A program made the position numbers and the translations under genes. Below are positions 49,155 through 58,754 of a DNA stretch of 64,000 bases, piece by piece. Origin of the DNA: Bacteroidota bacterium (lineage in GTDB: Bacteria; Bacteroidota; Bacteroidia; Flavobacteriales; BACL11); assembly GCA_036337275.1 (NCBI GenBank), contig JAYZEM010000001.1:14634-78633 (forward strand). The letters run 5' to 3'. The notes under the pieces were generated by a model. The model worked only from the letters and a program-made list of their open reading frames with translations, did no database searches and was not told the origin of the DNA. The number at the start of each line of letters is the position of its first letter. The stretch's first letter is position 1.

Positions 49155-49919
49155 ATGAATTTCTATTTATCGGATATGCCCGAAAGAACTCAGAAGCCAA
49201 GAGAAAATGGCTTAACCATGATGATGGATAAGGGGTTAAGTATAAATGATACCAAGAATTTTATTGATATGTGCGGTCCACATACCGATATTGTAAAATT
49301 AGGATTTGGCACATCTGCTATTTCTCCTCATATTGAAACAAAAATAAAACTCTACAAAGATGCTGGATTGAGTATTTATCTTGGCGGAACACTTTTTGAA
49401 GCATTTATCATTAGGGGAATGTTCGAAGAGTATAAGGAATTGATAAGAAGATGGAAATTAAATATGTGTGAAGTATCTGATGGTAGTATAAAAATTTCTC
49501 ATGAGGAAAAATGCAATTATATAAAAGAATTATCCGAGGAATTTAGGGTTGTTTCTGAAGTTGGTTCGAAAGATGAAAATAAATTAATTGCTCCTTATAG
49601 ATGGATTGAACTGATGCAAAAGGAATTAGAATCCGGGAGTTGGAAGGTGATTGCTGAAGCGCGTGAAGGAGGAAATGTTGGAATTTACAACAAAAGTGGG
49701 GATGTTCGTTCTGATCTGATTGATGAGATTCTAACGAAAATTCCAAAAGAAGACATCTTGTGGGAAGCGCCTAAGAAACCCCAACAAGTTTGGTTTATCA
49801 AACAATTAGGTTCAAATGTGAACCTGGGTAACATTTCTTGGGATGAAGTAATACCACTTGAAACCTTGCGAATTGGATTAAGAGGAGATACTTTTTTCGA
49901 TTATATAAAAAATAAATGA
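49155..49919 (+). CDS. comA: (2R)-phospho-3-sulfolactate synthase (ComA family)
   Basis: 254 aa. PERTQKPRENGLTMMMDKGLS, DIVKLGFGTS and ISDGS-type (EVSDGSI) motifs typical of ComA. Confidence 0.85.
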   Translation: MNFYLSDMPERTQKPRENGLTMMMDKGLSINDTKNFIDMCGPHTDIVKLGFGTSAISPHIETKIKLYKDAGLSIYLGGTLFEAFIIRGMFEEYKELIRRWKLNMCEVSDGSIKISHEEKCNYIKELSEEFRVVSEVGSKDENKLIAPYRWIELMQKELESGSWKVIAEAREGGNVGIYNKSGDVRSDLIDEILTKIPKEDILWEAPKKPQQVWFIKQLGSNVNLGNISWDEVIPLETLRIGLRGDTFFDYIKNK

Positions 49920-50821
49920 ATCGCTATTTCCTTCTTTTTCTAAAAGGGGTGGCAATGGGGATTGCAAATGTTATTCCTGGGGTTTCTGGGGGAACTATTG
50001 CGCTAATTACTGAGATTTACGAAAAGTTAATTAATTCACTAAAATCATTAGACTCAAAAGCATTAAAATTGCTCTTATCATTAGATGTTCAAGCATTTAT
50101 TAAATACACAAATTTTTATTTTCTATTATCTGTATTTGGAGGAAGTGTAGTGAGTGTTTTTAGTATTGCAAATCTATTTGAATATCTTTTTGAACATCAC
50201 CCTATCTTGATCTGGGCTTTCTTCTTTGGACTTATTTTGGCATCTGTTTATTTTGTAGGAAAACGTATTGAAAATTGGGGCTCTACAAGCAAAATAGCTT
50301 TGTGTTTAGGTACTTTGACTGCAGTTTCGCTTTGTTTTATTACGCCAGCTACTGAAAATAGCAACTTATTTTTCGTCTTTTTGTGTGGAATTATTGGAAT
50401 AAGTGGCATGATGCTTCCTGGACTTTCAGGCTCATTTATTCTTATACTTCTTGGTAATTATGAACTATTGATGGTTACTGCGATCACAGAATTGAATTTT
50501 GTATTATTAGCTGTGTTTTTGGCAGGCTCTGTATTTGGTTTGTTGAGTTTTTCACATCTATTAGGATGGGTATTAAAATATTATAAAGATGCAACTCTCG
50601 CGCTATTAACTGGCTTCATTCTAGGTTCATTAAATATCATTTGGCCTTGGAAAAATATAGCTGAAAGTGTAGTTGTAAATGGTAAAGAGAAAGTGCTTTC
50701 TTATTCTTGGTATTTTCCAAACATTTCAGCAGCAGAAACACTCATTGGATTTGCATTAATTATTTTTGGAGTTATTATTGTATGGTTTCTAGAAAGTTTT
50801 TCAGATAAAACAGGCAGATGA
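49916..50821 (+). CDS. DUF368 family membrane protein (family linked to undecaprenyl-phosphate translocation)
   Basis: 301 aa polytopic protein. GMANVIPGVSGGTIAL and MMLPGLSGSFILILLG, the duplicated DUF368 signature. ATGA overlaps at both ends. Confidence 0.85.
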   Translation: MNRYFLLFLKGVAMGIANVIPGVSGGTIALITEIYEKLINSLKSLDSKALKLLLSLDVQAFIKYTNFYFLLSVFGGSVVSVFSIANLFEYLFEHHPILIWAFFFGLILASVYFVGKRIENWGSTSKIALCLGTLTAVSLCFITPATENSNLFFVFLCGIIGISGMMLPGLSGSFILILLGNYELLMVTAITELNFVLLAVFLAGSVFGLLSFSHLLGWVLKYYKDATLALLTGFILGSLNIIWPWKNIAESVVVNGKEKVLSYSWYFPNISAAETLIGFALIIFGVIIVWFLESFSDKTGR

Positions 50822-51531
50822 AAACTTTTGGTTTAATTGGTAAGAAACTTTCTCATTCTTTTTCCCAACATTATTTTCAAGAGAAGTTTTTCAAAGAAAA
50901 CATCAAAGATTGTCAGTATTTGAATTTTGAATTAGAGGAGTTAGAAAACTTAAGTGAATTAATAACTAAAAAAAACATCACAGGACTTAATATTACGATT
51001 CCTTTCAAAGAAAGTATTGTTCCATTCCTAGATAAAATTACGAATGAAGCAAAAAAGATAGGGGCGGTAAATACCATTGAAATAAAAGGGGAAAAAATAA
51101 TTGGGCACAATACAGATGTTCTTGGATTTGAGAAAAGTTTCTTGCAAGTTGTTGGTGAAAGGAATAACGCAATCATTTTAGGTAATGGAGGAGCATCAAA
51201 GACCATACAATATGTACTACAAAGAAATAACATAAACTATTTAGTAGCAAGTAGGAATTCAGACTTTACAATAAAGCAAATTGATAAAAATATATTGCAG
51301 CAATATGACATAATCATTAATTCCACACCACTGGGAATGCATCCAGATGTGAGCTCTTTTCCTTATTTACCATATGAATTTATAAATACGAAACATTTAT
51401 TATTTGATTTAGTATATAATCCTGAGCAAACAATCTTTTTAGCAAATGGAAAAGCTAATGGTGCCCAAATAAAGAATGGAAAGCAAATGCTTCATCTACA
51501 AGCAGAGGAAAGCTGGAAAATATGGAATTAA
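50818..51531 (+). CDS. aroE: shikimate dehydrogenase (AroE family)
   Basis: 237 aa. GLIGKKLSHSFS, NITIPFK, GAVNT, GHNTD, GNGGASKT, NSTPLGM and DLVYNPEQT motifs. Confidence 0.85.
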   Translation: MKTFGLIGKKLSHSFSQHYFQEKFFKENIKDCQYLNFELEELENLSELITKKNITGLNITIPFKESIVPFLDKITNEAKKIGAVNTIEIKGEKIIGHNTDVLGFEKSFLQVVGERNNAIILGNGGASKTIQYVLQRNNINYLVASRNSDFTIKQIDKNILQQYDIIINSTPLGMHPDVSSFPYLPYEFINTKHLLFDLVYNPEQTIFLANGKANGAQIKNGKQMLHLQAEESWKIWN

Positions 51532-51536
51532 AATAG

Positions 51537-51544
51537 TAAATTTG
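51537..51544 (+). promoter_or_regulatory. -7 promoter box TAAATTTG upstream of the DUF349 gene/uvrB
   Basis: Exact TAnnTTTG, 19 nt upstream of ATG 51564. Confidence 0.45.
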
Positions 51545-51563
51545 TAAGCCAAAACCAAAGCGA

Positions 51564-53369
51564 ATGCTAGACGGAAACGGAGAAATAAAAAAACAAGAAA
51601 ATCCAATTATTGAGATGGAAGTTGCTGAGACTTCTGAAAATAACGAAATAAGAAAAGCAGCAGAAATTGATATTTCTGAGATGAGTATGGAAGAGTTGAT
51701 ATTGGAAATGAGTCATTTTTCAGAAAATAGTAATGTGCTTGCTGTATCCAAAAAAGCAGAAGAGGTAAGGTCTGTTTTTTACCAACAATTAAAGCAAATT
51801 AATAAAGAAGATTTAGTAGCTGAAACTGAAGAATCAGATAAGAAGGAAAAGAAAGCAACTTTGCATCCTTTAGAAATCAAATTCAGAAAAGAGTATAACA
51901 AATTTAAAAGAGAAAAAACTAAATCCAGAAAAAATAAAGAACTGGAAGAAAGGAAAAATTTGCAAATCAAAAAGCAAATCATTGAAGATATTGATACACT
52001 AACTAATCAGGAAGAATCTTTAAAAAAGACTTTTGAACAATTCAGACTGTTACAGGAAAAATGGAGAAATACCGGACATGTTCCAATTTCTGAGAAGAAT
52101 AATCTTTGGCAAAGTTATCATCATCATGTTGAGCTTTTTTATGATTATATCAAAATCAATAATGATTTGAGAGATTTAGATTTTAAAAGAAATTTTGAAG
52201 AAAAGTCTAAAATTTGTGAAAAAGCAGAGGCTCTTATCAATGAAAAGTCATTAAATAAAATGCATGATGCTTTGCAAGAATTACACGAGCATTGGAAAGA
52301 TATTGGGCCTGTAGAAAAAGGAAAAAGAGAAGATATATGGGAAAGATTTCAATCGGCTACTAAAATAATTCATAAAAAAAGAAATGATTATTTCCTTGAT
52401 AAAAAGGAAGAAAATGACAAAAAATTAGCCGCTAAAGATGAGATTTGTAAAGAAATAGGTGTGCTCACCGAAAATACTGTAAATACGCATGGTCAATGGG
52501 AAAGTCTAACTGTTAAATGCAGAAAATTAGAAGATAAATGGAAAGCAATTGGGAGGCTTAGTAAAAAAGAGAACAAAATTGCTTGGACAAATTTAAGGAA
52601 TGTGTTAGATGATTTTTACCAAAGTAAAAACGCTTATTACAAAAACAGAAAAGCAGATGCTCAAAAAGTAATTTTAAAAAAAACTACTATTTGTGAAAAA
52701 GCTGAATCTTTAAAAGAAAGTACTGATTGGAAAAGCACAACTAAGCATCTGATTAAATTGCAAGAAGATTGGAAAAGGGCTGGATATTCGCCAAAGCAAA
52801 AAACAGATAAGATCTGGAAAAGATTCAAATCAGTTTGTAATACATTTTTTGATGCCAAAAAAAATCATTTCAGAAGTCTTGATAAAGCAAAAGAGAGAAA
52901 TTTATTAGCCAAGCAAAAGCTATTCAAAGAGGTTGAAAAATTCAGCCCTTCAAAAAACGGAAAATCTGATTTTGAAAAATTAAATAATTATTCAAAAAAG
53001 TGGAAAGATTGTGGACTTGTACCTTTCAAAGAAAAAAATATTGAGAATAAGTTTGAAGAACTTATGAATAAGCATTTTGATTCCATTAAAATAGATAAGA
53101 ATGAAATTTCCAAAGAGAAATTTAAAAATAGAATTACAGCTATTAATGGAAATCAGGCGAAATTGGAAAAAGAAAGAAGTTTTATCCTTTCTGAAATTGA
53201 AAAACAAAAGAAATTTATATCTCAATATGAAAATAATATCTCCTTCTTTGGGAAGAACAAAAGCAATGAAAGTTTGAAAAAAGAAGTGGAAGCTAGAATA
53301 GAAATGGCGGAAAAAGAGGTGTCTATTTTAAAAGAGAAGCTAAAAATAATGACAGCCACTAACTCATGA
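51564..53369 (+). CDS. DUF349 domain-containing protein
   Basis: 601 aa, highly charged and helical. Five repeats of the DUF349 module (EKWRNTGHVP, EHWKDIGPVE, DKWKAIGRLS, EDWKRAGYSP, KKWKDCGLVP, each followed by W/F..F....F). Confidence 0.8.
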   Translation: MLDGNGEIKKQENPIIEMEVAETSENNEIRKAAEIDISEMSMEELILEMSHFSENSNVLAVSKKAEEVRSVFYQQLKQINKEDLVAETEESDKKEKKATLHPLEIKFRKEYNKFKREKTKSRKNKELEERKNLQIKKQIIEDIDTLTNQEESLKKTFEQFRLLQEKWRNTGHVPISEKNNLWQSYHHHVELFYDYIKINNDLRDLDFKRNFEEKSKICEKAEALINEKSLNKMHDALQELHEHWKDIGPVEKGKREDIWERFQSATKIIHKKRNDYFLDKKEENDKKLAAKDEICKEIGVLTENTVNTHGQWESLTVKCRKLEDKWKAIGRLSKKENKIAWTNLRNVLDDFYQSKNAYYKNRKADAQKVILKKTTICEKAESLKESTDWKSTTKHLIKLQEDWKRAGYSPKQKTDKIWKRFKSVCNTFFDAKKNHFRSLDKAKERNLLAKQKLFKEVEKFSPSKNGKSDFEKLNNYSKKWKDCGLVPFKEKNIENKFEELMNKHFDSIKIDKNEISKEKFKNRITAINGNQAKLEKERSFILSEIEKQKKFISQYENNISFFGKNKSNESLKKEVEARIEMAEKEVSILKEKLKIMTATNS

Positions 53370-55351
53370 ATTTTGAGTTAGTTTCTACCTTTTCACCTAC
53401 TGGCGATCAACCCCAAGCCATCATGCAAATATCAGATGGATTAACGGCTTTGGAAAGATTCCAAACCTTATTAGGCGTCACGGGAAGTGGAAAAACATTT
53501 ACAATTGCAAATGTAATCAATGAAGTAAATCGGCCAACATTAGTGCTTAGCCATAACAAAACTTTAGCCGCACAACTCTATAGTGAGTTTAAACAATTCT
53601 TTCCAAATAATGCAGTAGAGTATTTTGTTTCTTATTACGATTATTATCAGCCGGAAGCTTATATTCCAAGCACTGGAACTTATATTGAGAAAGACCTTTC
53701 TATAAATCAGGAAATTGAAAAGCTGAGATTAAATACAACCTCTTCCCTGCTTTCTGGGAGGAAAGACATTATTGTTGTTTCTTCAGTTAGTTGTATTTAT
53801 GGAATTGGAAATCCTGAGGACTTTAATGCAGGAATGATTGAGATTAAAGTTGGGTATTTGATTAGCAGAAATCATTTATTGCAAAAATTTGTAAGTGCAT
53901 TATATTCAAGAACAGAAGGAGAATTTGAAAGGGGAAATTTTAGGGTAAAAGGCGACACTGTTGATGTATTTCCTGCTTATACTGATATTGCTTATCGTAT
54001 TCACTTTTTTGGAAATAAAGTTGAGGAGATTGAAAGTATTAATCCTGCAAGTGGAAATGTATTTGAGTCGGTTGAAATGATTAGGGTTTATCCAGCAAGT
54101 ATTTTTGTTGCATCAAAGGATAAAGTGCATGGAGCCATCTCAAACATACAAGATGATTTGTGCGAGCAAATTGAATTTTTTGAAAAATCAGCATTAAAAA
54201 CAGAAGCCAAAAGAATAAAAGAAAGGACTGAATTTGATCTAGAGATGATAAAAGAATTAGGATACTGTTCTGGAATTGAAAATTATTCCAGGTATTTTGA
54301 TGGTAGAATTGCAGGCACAAGACCATTTTGTTTGTTGGATTATTTCCCAGATGATTATATTACCGTAATTGATGAAAGCCATGTAACGCTTCCGCAAGTT
54401 AGAGCAATGTTTGGTGGAGACAGGTCAAGAAAAGAAACATTAGTTGAACATGGATTTCGTCTACCAGCAGCATTAGATAATCGTCCTTTAAAATTTAGCG
54501 AATTTGAAGATTTATGCAACCAAACAATTTATGTGAGCGCTACCCCCTCCGATTATGAAATAGAAAAATGTGAAGGGGTAATTATAGAGCAATTAATCCG
54601 TCCTACTGGACTTTTAGATCCTGAAATAAGTGTTCGCGCAACAGAGAATCAAATTGATGATCTTTTAGAAGAAATCAGGCTAAGAATTGAAAGACATGAG
54701 CGAATATTGGTTATAACTTTAACCAAACGTATGGCAGAAGAATTCACAAAATATTTGGAAAAATTTAGTATAAAATGCAATTATATTCATTCTGATGTAC
54801 CAACTTTGGAAAGGGTTGAAATCATAAGTGGATTAAAAAATGGGGCTTTTGATGTATTAATAGGCGTAAACTTATTGCGTGAAGGATTGGATTTGCCAGA
54901 GGTAAGTTTAGTCGCTATTTTGGATGCTGATAAAGAGGGCTTTCTACGCTCAGAGAAAGCACTGATACAAACTTCAGGTAGAGCAGCCAGAAATATTAAT
55001 GGCTTAGTAATTATGTATGCAGATAAAATCACTAATTCTATGCAAAAAGCAATAGATGATAATAAGCGAAAGAGAAAAACTCAAAAGATATATAATGCTA
55101 AGCATAATATTACTCCTACTCAAATCGGAAGAAAAGCAGATAATGCGTTAGTAAAAAGATTGAGTCCATATAATAAAGAAGAAAGTAAGGGGATGGCAAT
55201 TGAAAAGCTAAGCAAGAAACAACTTCAGAAATCAATTACTGAAACAAAAAGAGAAATGGAAACTGCAGCCAAGGAGTTTGATTTTATTCGGGCAAAAAAG
55301 TTAAGAGATAGGTTGTTTGAACTGAAGAACAAATTAGAAAGCAAAAAATAA
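53366..55351 (+). CDS. uvrB: excinuclease ABC subunit B
   Basis: 661 aa. GVTGSGKTFT Walker A, YYDYYQPEAY, DESHVT, helicase motifs, and the C-terminal UVR domain FDFIRAKKLRDRL. Confidence 0.95.
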   Translation: MNFELVSTFSPTGDQPQAIMQISDGLTALERFQTLLGVTGSGKTFTIANVINEVNRPTLVLSHNKTLAAQLYSEFKQFFPNNAVEYFVSYYDYYQPEAYIPSTGTYIEKDLSINQEIEKLRLNTTSSLLSGRKDIIVVSSVSCIYGIGNPEDFNAGMIEIKVGYLISRNHLLQKFVSALYSRTEGEFERGNFRVKGDTVDVFPAYTDIAYRIHFFGNKVEEIESINPASGNVFESVEMIRVYPASIFVASKDKVHGAISNIQDDLCEQIEFFEKSALKTEAKRIKERTEFDLEMIKELGYCSGIENYSRYFDGRIAGTRPFCLLDYFPDDYITVIDESHVTLPQVRAMFGGDRSRKETLVEHGFRLPAALDNRPLKFSEFEDLCNQTIYVSATPSDYEIEKCEGVIIEQLIRPTGLLDPEISVRATENQIDDLLEEIRLRIERHERILVITLTKRMAEEFTKYLEKFSIKCNYIHSDVPTLERVEIISGLKNGAFDVLIGVNLLREGLDLPEVSLVAILDADKEGFLRSEKALIQTSGRAARNINGLVIMYADKITNSMQKAIDDNKRKRKTQKIYNAKHNITPTQIGRKADNALVKRLSPYNKEESKGMAIEKLSKKQLQKSITETKREMETAAKEFDFIRAKKLRDRLFELKNKLESKK

Positions 55352-55396
55352 ACCCAAGCGTTAACTTAGATTTATTTGATATATGGAAACTGATTA

Positions 55397-55804
55397 TTAC
55401 CTTTTCATATAATAATAGTAGGTTGTAAACTTACCATCTCTTTCAATATTTGCTGAAACAAATTCCCAGCCATGATTTCCTAAAAGATTAACAGCATCAG
55501 TCAATGAATGTATTTTTCTAGATTGTTCCATTAACTTAATTGCTTCCTTGTCATTATTAATGCCTGAACCAAAATCAAACTTTATTATTACCTTCTCAGC
55601 ACTCCTGTCTCCATCGATATGAAATTGCTCTTGCACTAAATCTTCAGCGGCTAAATCAGAAATACTAAGCCCCTTAATTACCATAAAATTTAGCCCTGAA
55701 TCTTTAATTTCTGATTTTGCAGTTTTATCTTTCTTACTTCTTTTTTGAGCCATAGTGATAAAAGGCACTAAAGACACTAACATAATTACGATTAACTTCT
55801 TCAT
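55397..55804 (-). CDS. secreted protein, function unknown
   Basis: 135 aa. Signal peptide MKKLIVIMLVSLVPFITMAQ. No motif recognised. Has its own TAnnTTTG box upstream. Confidence 0.5.
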   Translation of the reverse strand: MKKLIVIMLVSLVPFITMAQKRSKKDKTAKSEIKDSGLNFMVIKGLSISDLAAEDLVQEQFHIDGDRSAEKVIIKFDFGSGINNDKEAIKLMEQSRKIHSLTDAVNLLGNHGWEFVSANIERDGKFTTYYYYMKR

Positions 55805-55841
55805 TGTTTCTATTTTTTTGTTTTTAATAATTTAGCGAACG

Positions 55842-55849
55842 CAAATTTA
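55842..55849 (-). promoter_or_regulatory. -7 promoter box TAAATTTG upstream of the 135-aa secreted protein gene
   Basis: Exact TAnnTTTG, 37 nt upstream of ATG 55804. Confidence 0.35.
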
Positions 55850-55858
55850 GGGCTTTTA

Positions 55859-56677
55859 TTATTGTCCACCTAGAATTATAGGTAAATCTCCATCTCCATT
55901 TCCAATTACAATCACCTTAGAGTTTTGTGATTTTGCTATCTCTTGAGTTGCCTCTACTCCTTTCCATTTTAAAAGTTGTGGTGTAATTGTTCTGTTAACA
56001 ATTCTTTGAAATTCTGAAATACCTTTTGCTTCAATTTCTTTTCTTTCTGCCTCTTTTCTAGCCTTATCTATTTTAAATTCGTATTCTAATGATTCTTGTT
56101 CTTGTTTTAACTTTTGTTCAATTGCTGCCTGTAATGTAGGGGGAAGAGTTACATCTCTAATCAAAATAGCATCTATATTGATATGTTTACTTACAACTCT
56201 TTCTTTTGTTTGGGCATATATTTCATCTTCAATTGCTTCTCTTTTACTAGAATACAACTCCTCCGGAAGGTAGTTCCCGATTACTTCTCTTGTTACTGAA
56301 CGAATCTCTGGCTTTACAATACTATTTACATAGCTTTTACCTATGTTGTCATGTAAATGTCCAATCTGATTCTCAATAGCATTGTATCTAAAAGACAAAT
56401 CAATTTTAATCGAAAGTCCATTTTTAGAAAGCACCTCCATGGCTTCGTAGTTTTCTTGAATTTTTACATTATAAATATGCATATCATTCCATGGGGCAAT
56501 TACATGAAAGCCTTGACCGTAAATGGTTTCTTTGTCTAAACCTCCCCCAAAGCGTTTGAATAATACGCCTTTCTCTCCTGGATCAATAGTTAAAAACATA
56601 CTCGATCCAAACAGTGTTAGCAGTACAAAACCCACTATTCCTATTACTATTGCTGACGGTAAACTCTTGTTTTCCAT
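55859..56677 (-). CDS. SPFH/band 7 (prohibitin family) membrane protein
   Basis: 272 aa. N-terminal TM, SPFH core (GVLFKRFGGG...HVIAPW...), and a C-terminal coiled coil (QESLEYEFKIDKARKEAERKEIEAKG). Confidence 0.85.
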   Translation of the reverse strand: MENKSLPSAIVIGIVGFVLLTLFGSSMFLTIDPGEKGVLFKRFGGGLDKETIYGQGFHVIAPWNDMHIYNVKIQENYEAMEVLSKNGLSIKIDLSFRYNAIENQIGHLHDNIGKSYVNSIVKPEIRSVTREVIGNYLPEELYSSKREAIEDEIYAQTKERVVSKHINIDAILIRDVTLPPTLQAAIEQKLKQEQESLEYEFKIDKARKEAERKEIEAKGISEFQRIVNRTITPQLLKWKGVEATQEIAKSQNSKVIVIGNGDGDLPIILGGQ

Positions 56678-56713
56678 AATTTTTAATTTTTAATTGTTTT
56701 AATTAATATATTT

Positions 56714-58750
56714 CTAATGCAAGCCATTAAATCTTCTAATAAACCATTCTGTGCAGATTAGAATTAGCAAAGTAAATAAAATCCATGGAATATTAATCAT
56801 TTCCTGCAGTTTTTCCTTCTTATGAATAATTGTTTGATTCCTATCTGAATTTTTCACTTTATTATAAAGCAAATCAATTTTATCAGGATAGAAAAGTGCT
56901 CCTCCACTCTGATAGGCTAAGTTGTATAGTAATTGATGATTTGCTTTAGTTTGGAGCATCTCCAATTGAAAAGGAATGACAGAGAAGTTCCCCTTTCTGA
57001 TTAGATTCTTTTCATATACTTGCGCTTCAAATGTATAATCTCCAACAGCAAATGAAGAAACATTTAGCTGATATGAGTTATTATGCTTTGAAAATACAAA
57101 AGCATATTCCTTTCCTTTTTCATCAAAGATACTTAATGAGATATCGTCTTTTGTAACTAATTCATAACTTTCATTATACAATTCTGCCTCAAAAATGATT
57201 GGGGAATTTGCATTTATCTTATGCTTATATTTTAATCTAAACTTAGATTTATCATCATTTAATAATAGGAACTGAGTAGTTTTTAAAAACAACTCATCAA
57301 AACAATTATTTTGCTTTTGTTCCGAAAACTCCATCAATTTCCATTTCCAAAAACCCTCCCCTACAAAAACCCCCACTTTTTTGTTAGTGGAATTTTGAAA
57401 AAACAAAATCGGCTTTTTAGTTACAATCTTTCCTATCTTTTGATTTAGAAATACCTCGCTATTAGCAGTAAGTTGATAATTACCAAAATACGTATGAATT
57501 GGTGGAAGTTTTGGAAGTAGATTGGATAATGCTGTGGAAATAGTAAATAAAGAAAAATGTTCGTTCTCAGCAGCATTTACTTCTTGCAAACTGTTTTTTA
57601 CATTAATAGACAAAGCATCTTGTAAAGTGTTAAATTGATTAATGTTAGTTTTTGCACCAACAAAAAACAACAGGGGAACTTTTGAACTTTTAATTTTCTG
57701 GATTATTTCTGAATTATATGCCTTTCCAAACAAAACAACTAGATTATATTTTTCAATATTCCCATCAAATTTCTCTATTTTGTAGGATTCAATATTATAG
57801 TGCTTATGTTTTGACAAAACGCTCTTAAATGCTGCAATATCAGGATGAGTATTATTGGAAAGTAATAAAATATTGTGTTTTGAATCTAGCACATCTACAA
57901 AAATTTCATAAGTATTATTTAACTTATTCTTTTCTCCTTCTAAACTGCTTAATTGTAATTTATATTTTTTCAATCCCTTTTGTTTTGCATATATTTTAAA
58001 GGAAATTTTCTGATGAAAATTAGCTGTCCTTAAAGTTAGCTTTTCCTTGTGTAAAAGTTGATCATCATCTATTAATTTGAGTTCTACCACTTTGTTTTTG
58101 CAAAAATGAGCTGCTATCAAAACCTCAACTGGAAAATCATTACCTAAAAAAGCAACCTCATTATATTGTACGTTTTTAATCAGCAAATCTTGCTGTTGAA
58201 GCGTATCGCCAAAAGCTATTGGAAAAATTGGGATAGTTGTTGTGTTTGATTTGTAAGTTGGGTTTTCTCCCATATTATAAAGCCCATCAGTAGCCAATAC
58301 CAAAGCCGCTACATTTCTTCCTGTAAATTTACTTTCAACTTCATCAAAAACGGCAGCATAATTGGTTTTTAACCCTTTATTTTCTTTTACTAATCCTTCT
58401 TTTAGATGATCGGAAAAGTGAAACGGAAAAACTTGAAATTCATTTGCTGCTTTCTGATGCAAACCATTAAGAATATCAAAATTATTCTGCTCTTGTAATG
58501 AAGAAGAAGCATCTTGAACGATAATCAAAATGGGCTTTTCTTTTTGTTGTATGTAGAGATTTAAAATAGGTCCAAGCAACAAAAAGCATAGGAAAGATAC
58601 AAAGCATGCTCTAATTAAAAAGAGTAGATTCTTTAGCCAATCTTTCTCAATTTTATCTTCTTTTTGATACAAGGAAAAACCATACACTAGACCAACTACT
58701 AAGGCTAATAGAATAAACCAAGATGGTAAATTTGTACTTATGTCAAACAT
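56714..58750 (-). CDS. vWA-like membrane protein with N-terminal double-TM anchor and C-terminal TM anchor
   Basis: Start set at MFDISTNLPSWFILL (58750, 4 nt after the fabG stop; ORF-track start is 58780). Two N-terminal TM helices. IIVQDASSSL (DxSxS MIDAS-like) ... VLATDGLYN. C-terminal WILFTLLILICTEWFIRRF. Confidence 0.6.
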   Translation of the reverse strand: MFDISTNLPSWFILLALVVGLVYGFSLYQKEDKIEKDWLKNLLFLIRACFVSFLCFLLLGPILNLYIQQKEKPILIIVQDASSSLQEQNNFDILNGLHQKAANEFQVFPFHFSDHLKEGLVKENKGLKTNYAAVFDEVESKFTGRNVAALVLATDGLYNMGENPTYKSNTTTIPIFPIAFGDTLQQQDLLIKNVQYNEVAFLGNDFPVEVLIAAHFCKNKVVELKLIDDDQLLHKEKLTLRTANFHQKISFKIYAKQKGLKKYKLQLSSLEGEKNKLNNTYEIFVDVLDSKHNILLLSNNTHPDIAAFKSVLSKHKHYNIESYKIEKFDGNIEKYNLVVLFGKAYNSEIIQKIKSSKVPLLFFVGAKTNINQFNTLQDALSINVKNSLQEVNAAENEHFSLFTISTALSNLLPKLPPIHTYFGNYQLTANSEVFLNQKIGKIVTKKPILFFQNSTNKKVGVFVGEGFWKWKLMEFSEQKQNNCFDELFLKTTQFLLLNDDKSKFRLKYKHKINANSPIIFEAELYNESYELVTKDDISLSIFDEKGKEYAFVFSKHNNSYQLNVSSFAVGDYTFEAQVYEKNLIRKGNFSVIPFQLEMLQTKANHQLLYNLAYQSGGALFYPDKIDLLYNKVKNSDRNQTIIHKKEKLQEMINIPWILFTLLILICTEWFIRRFNGLH

Positions 58751-58754
58751 AAAT

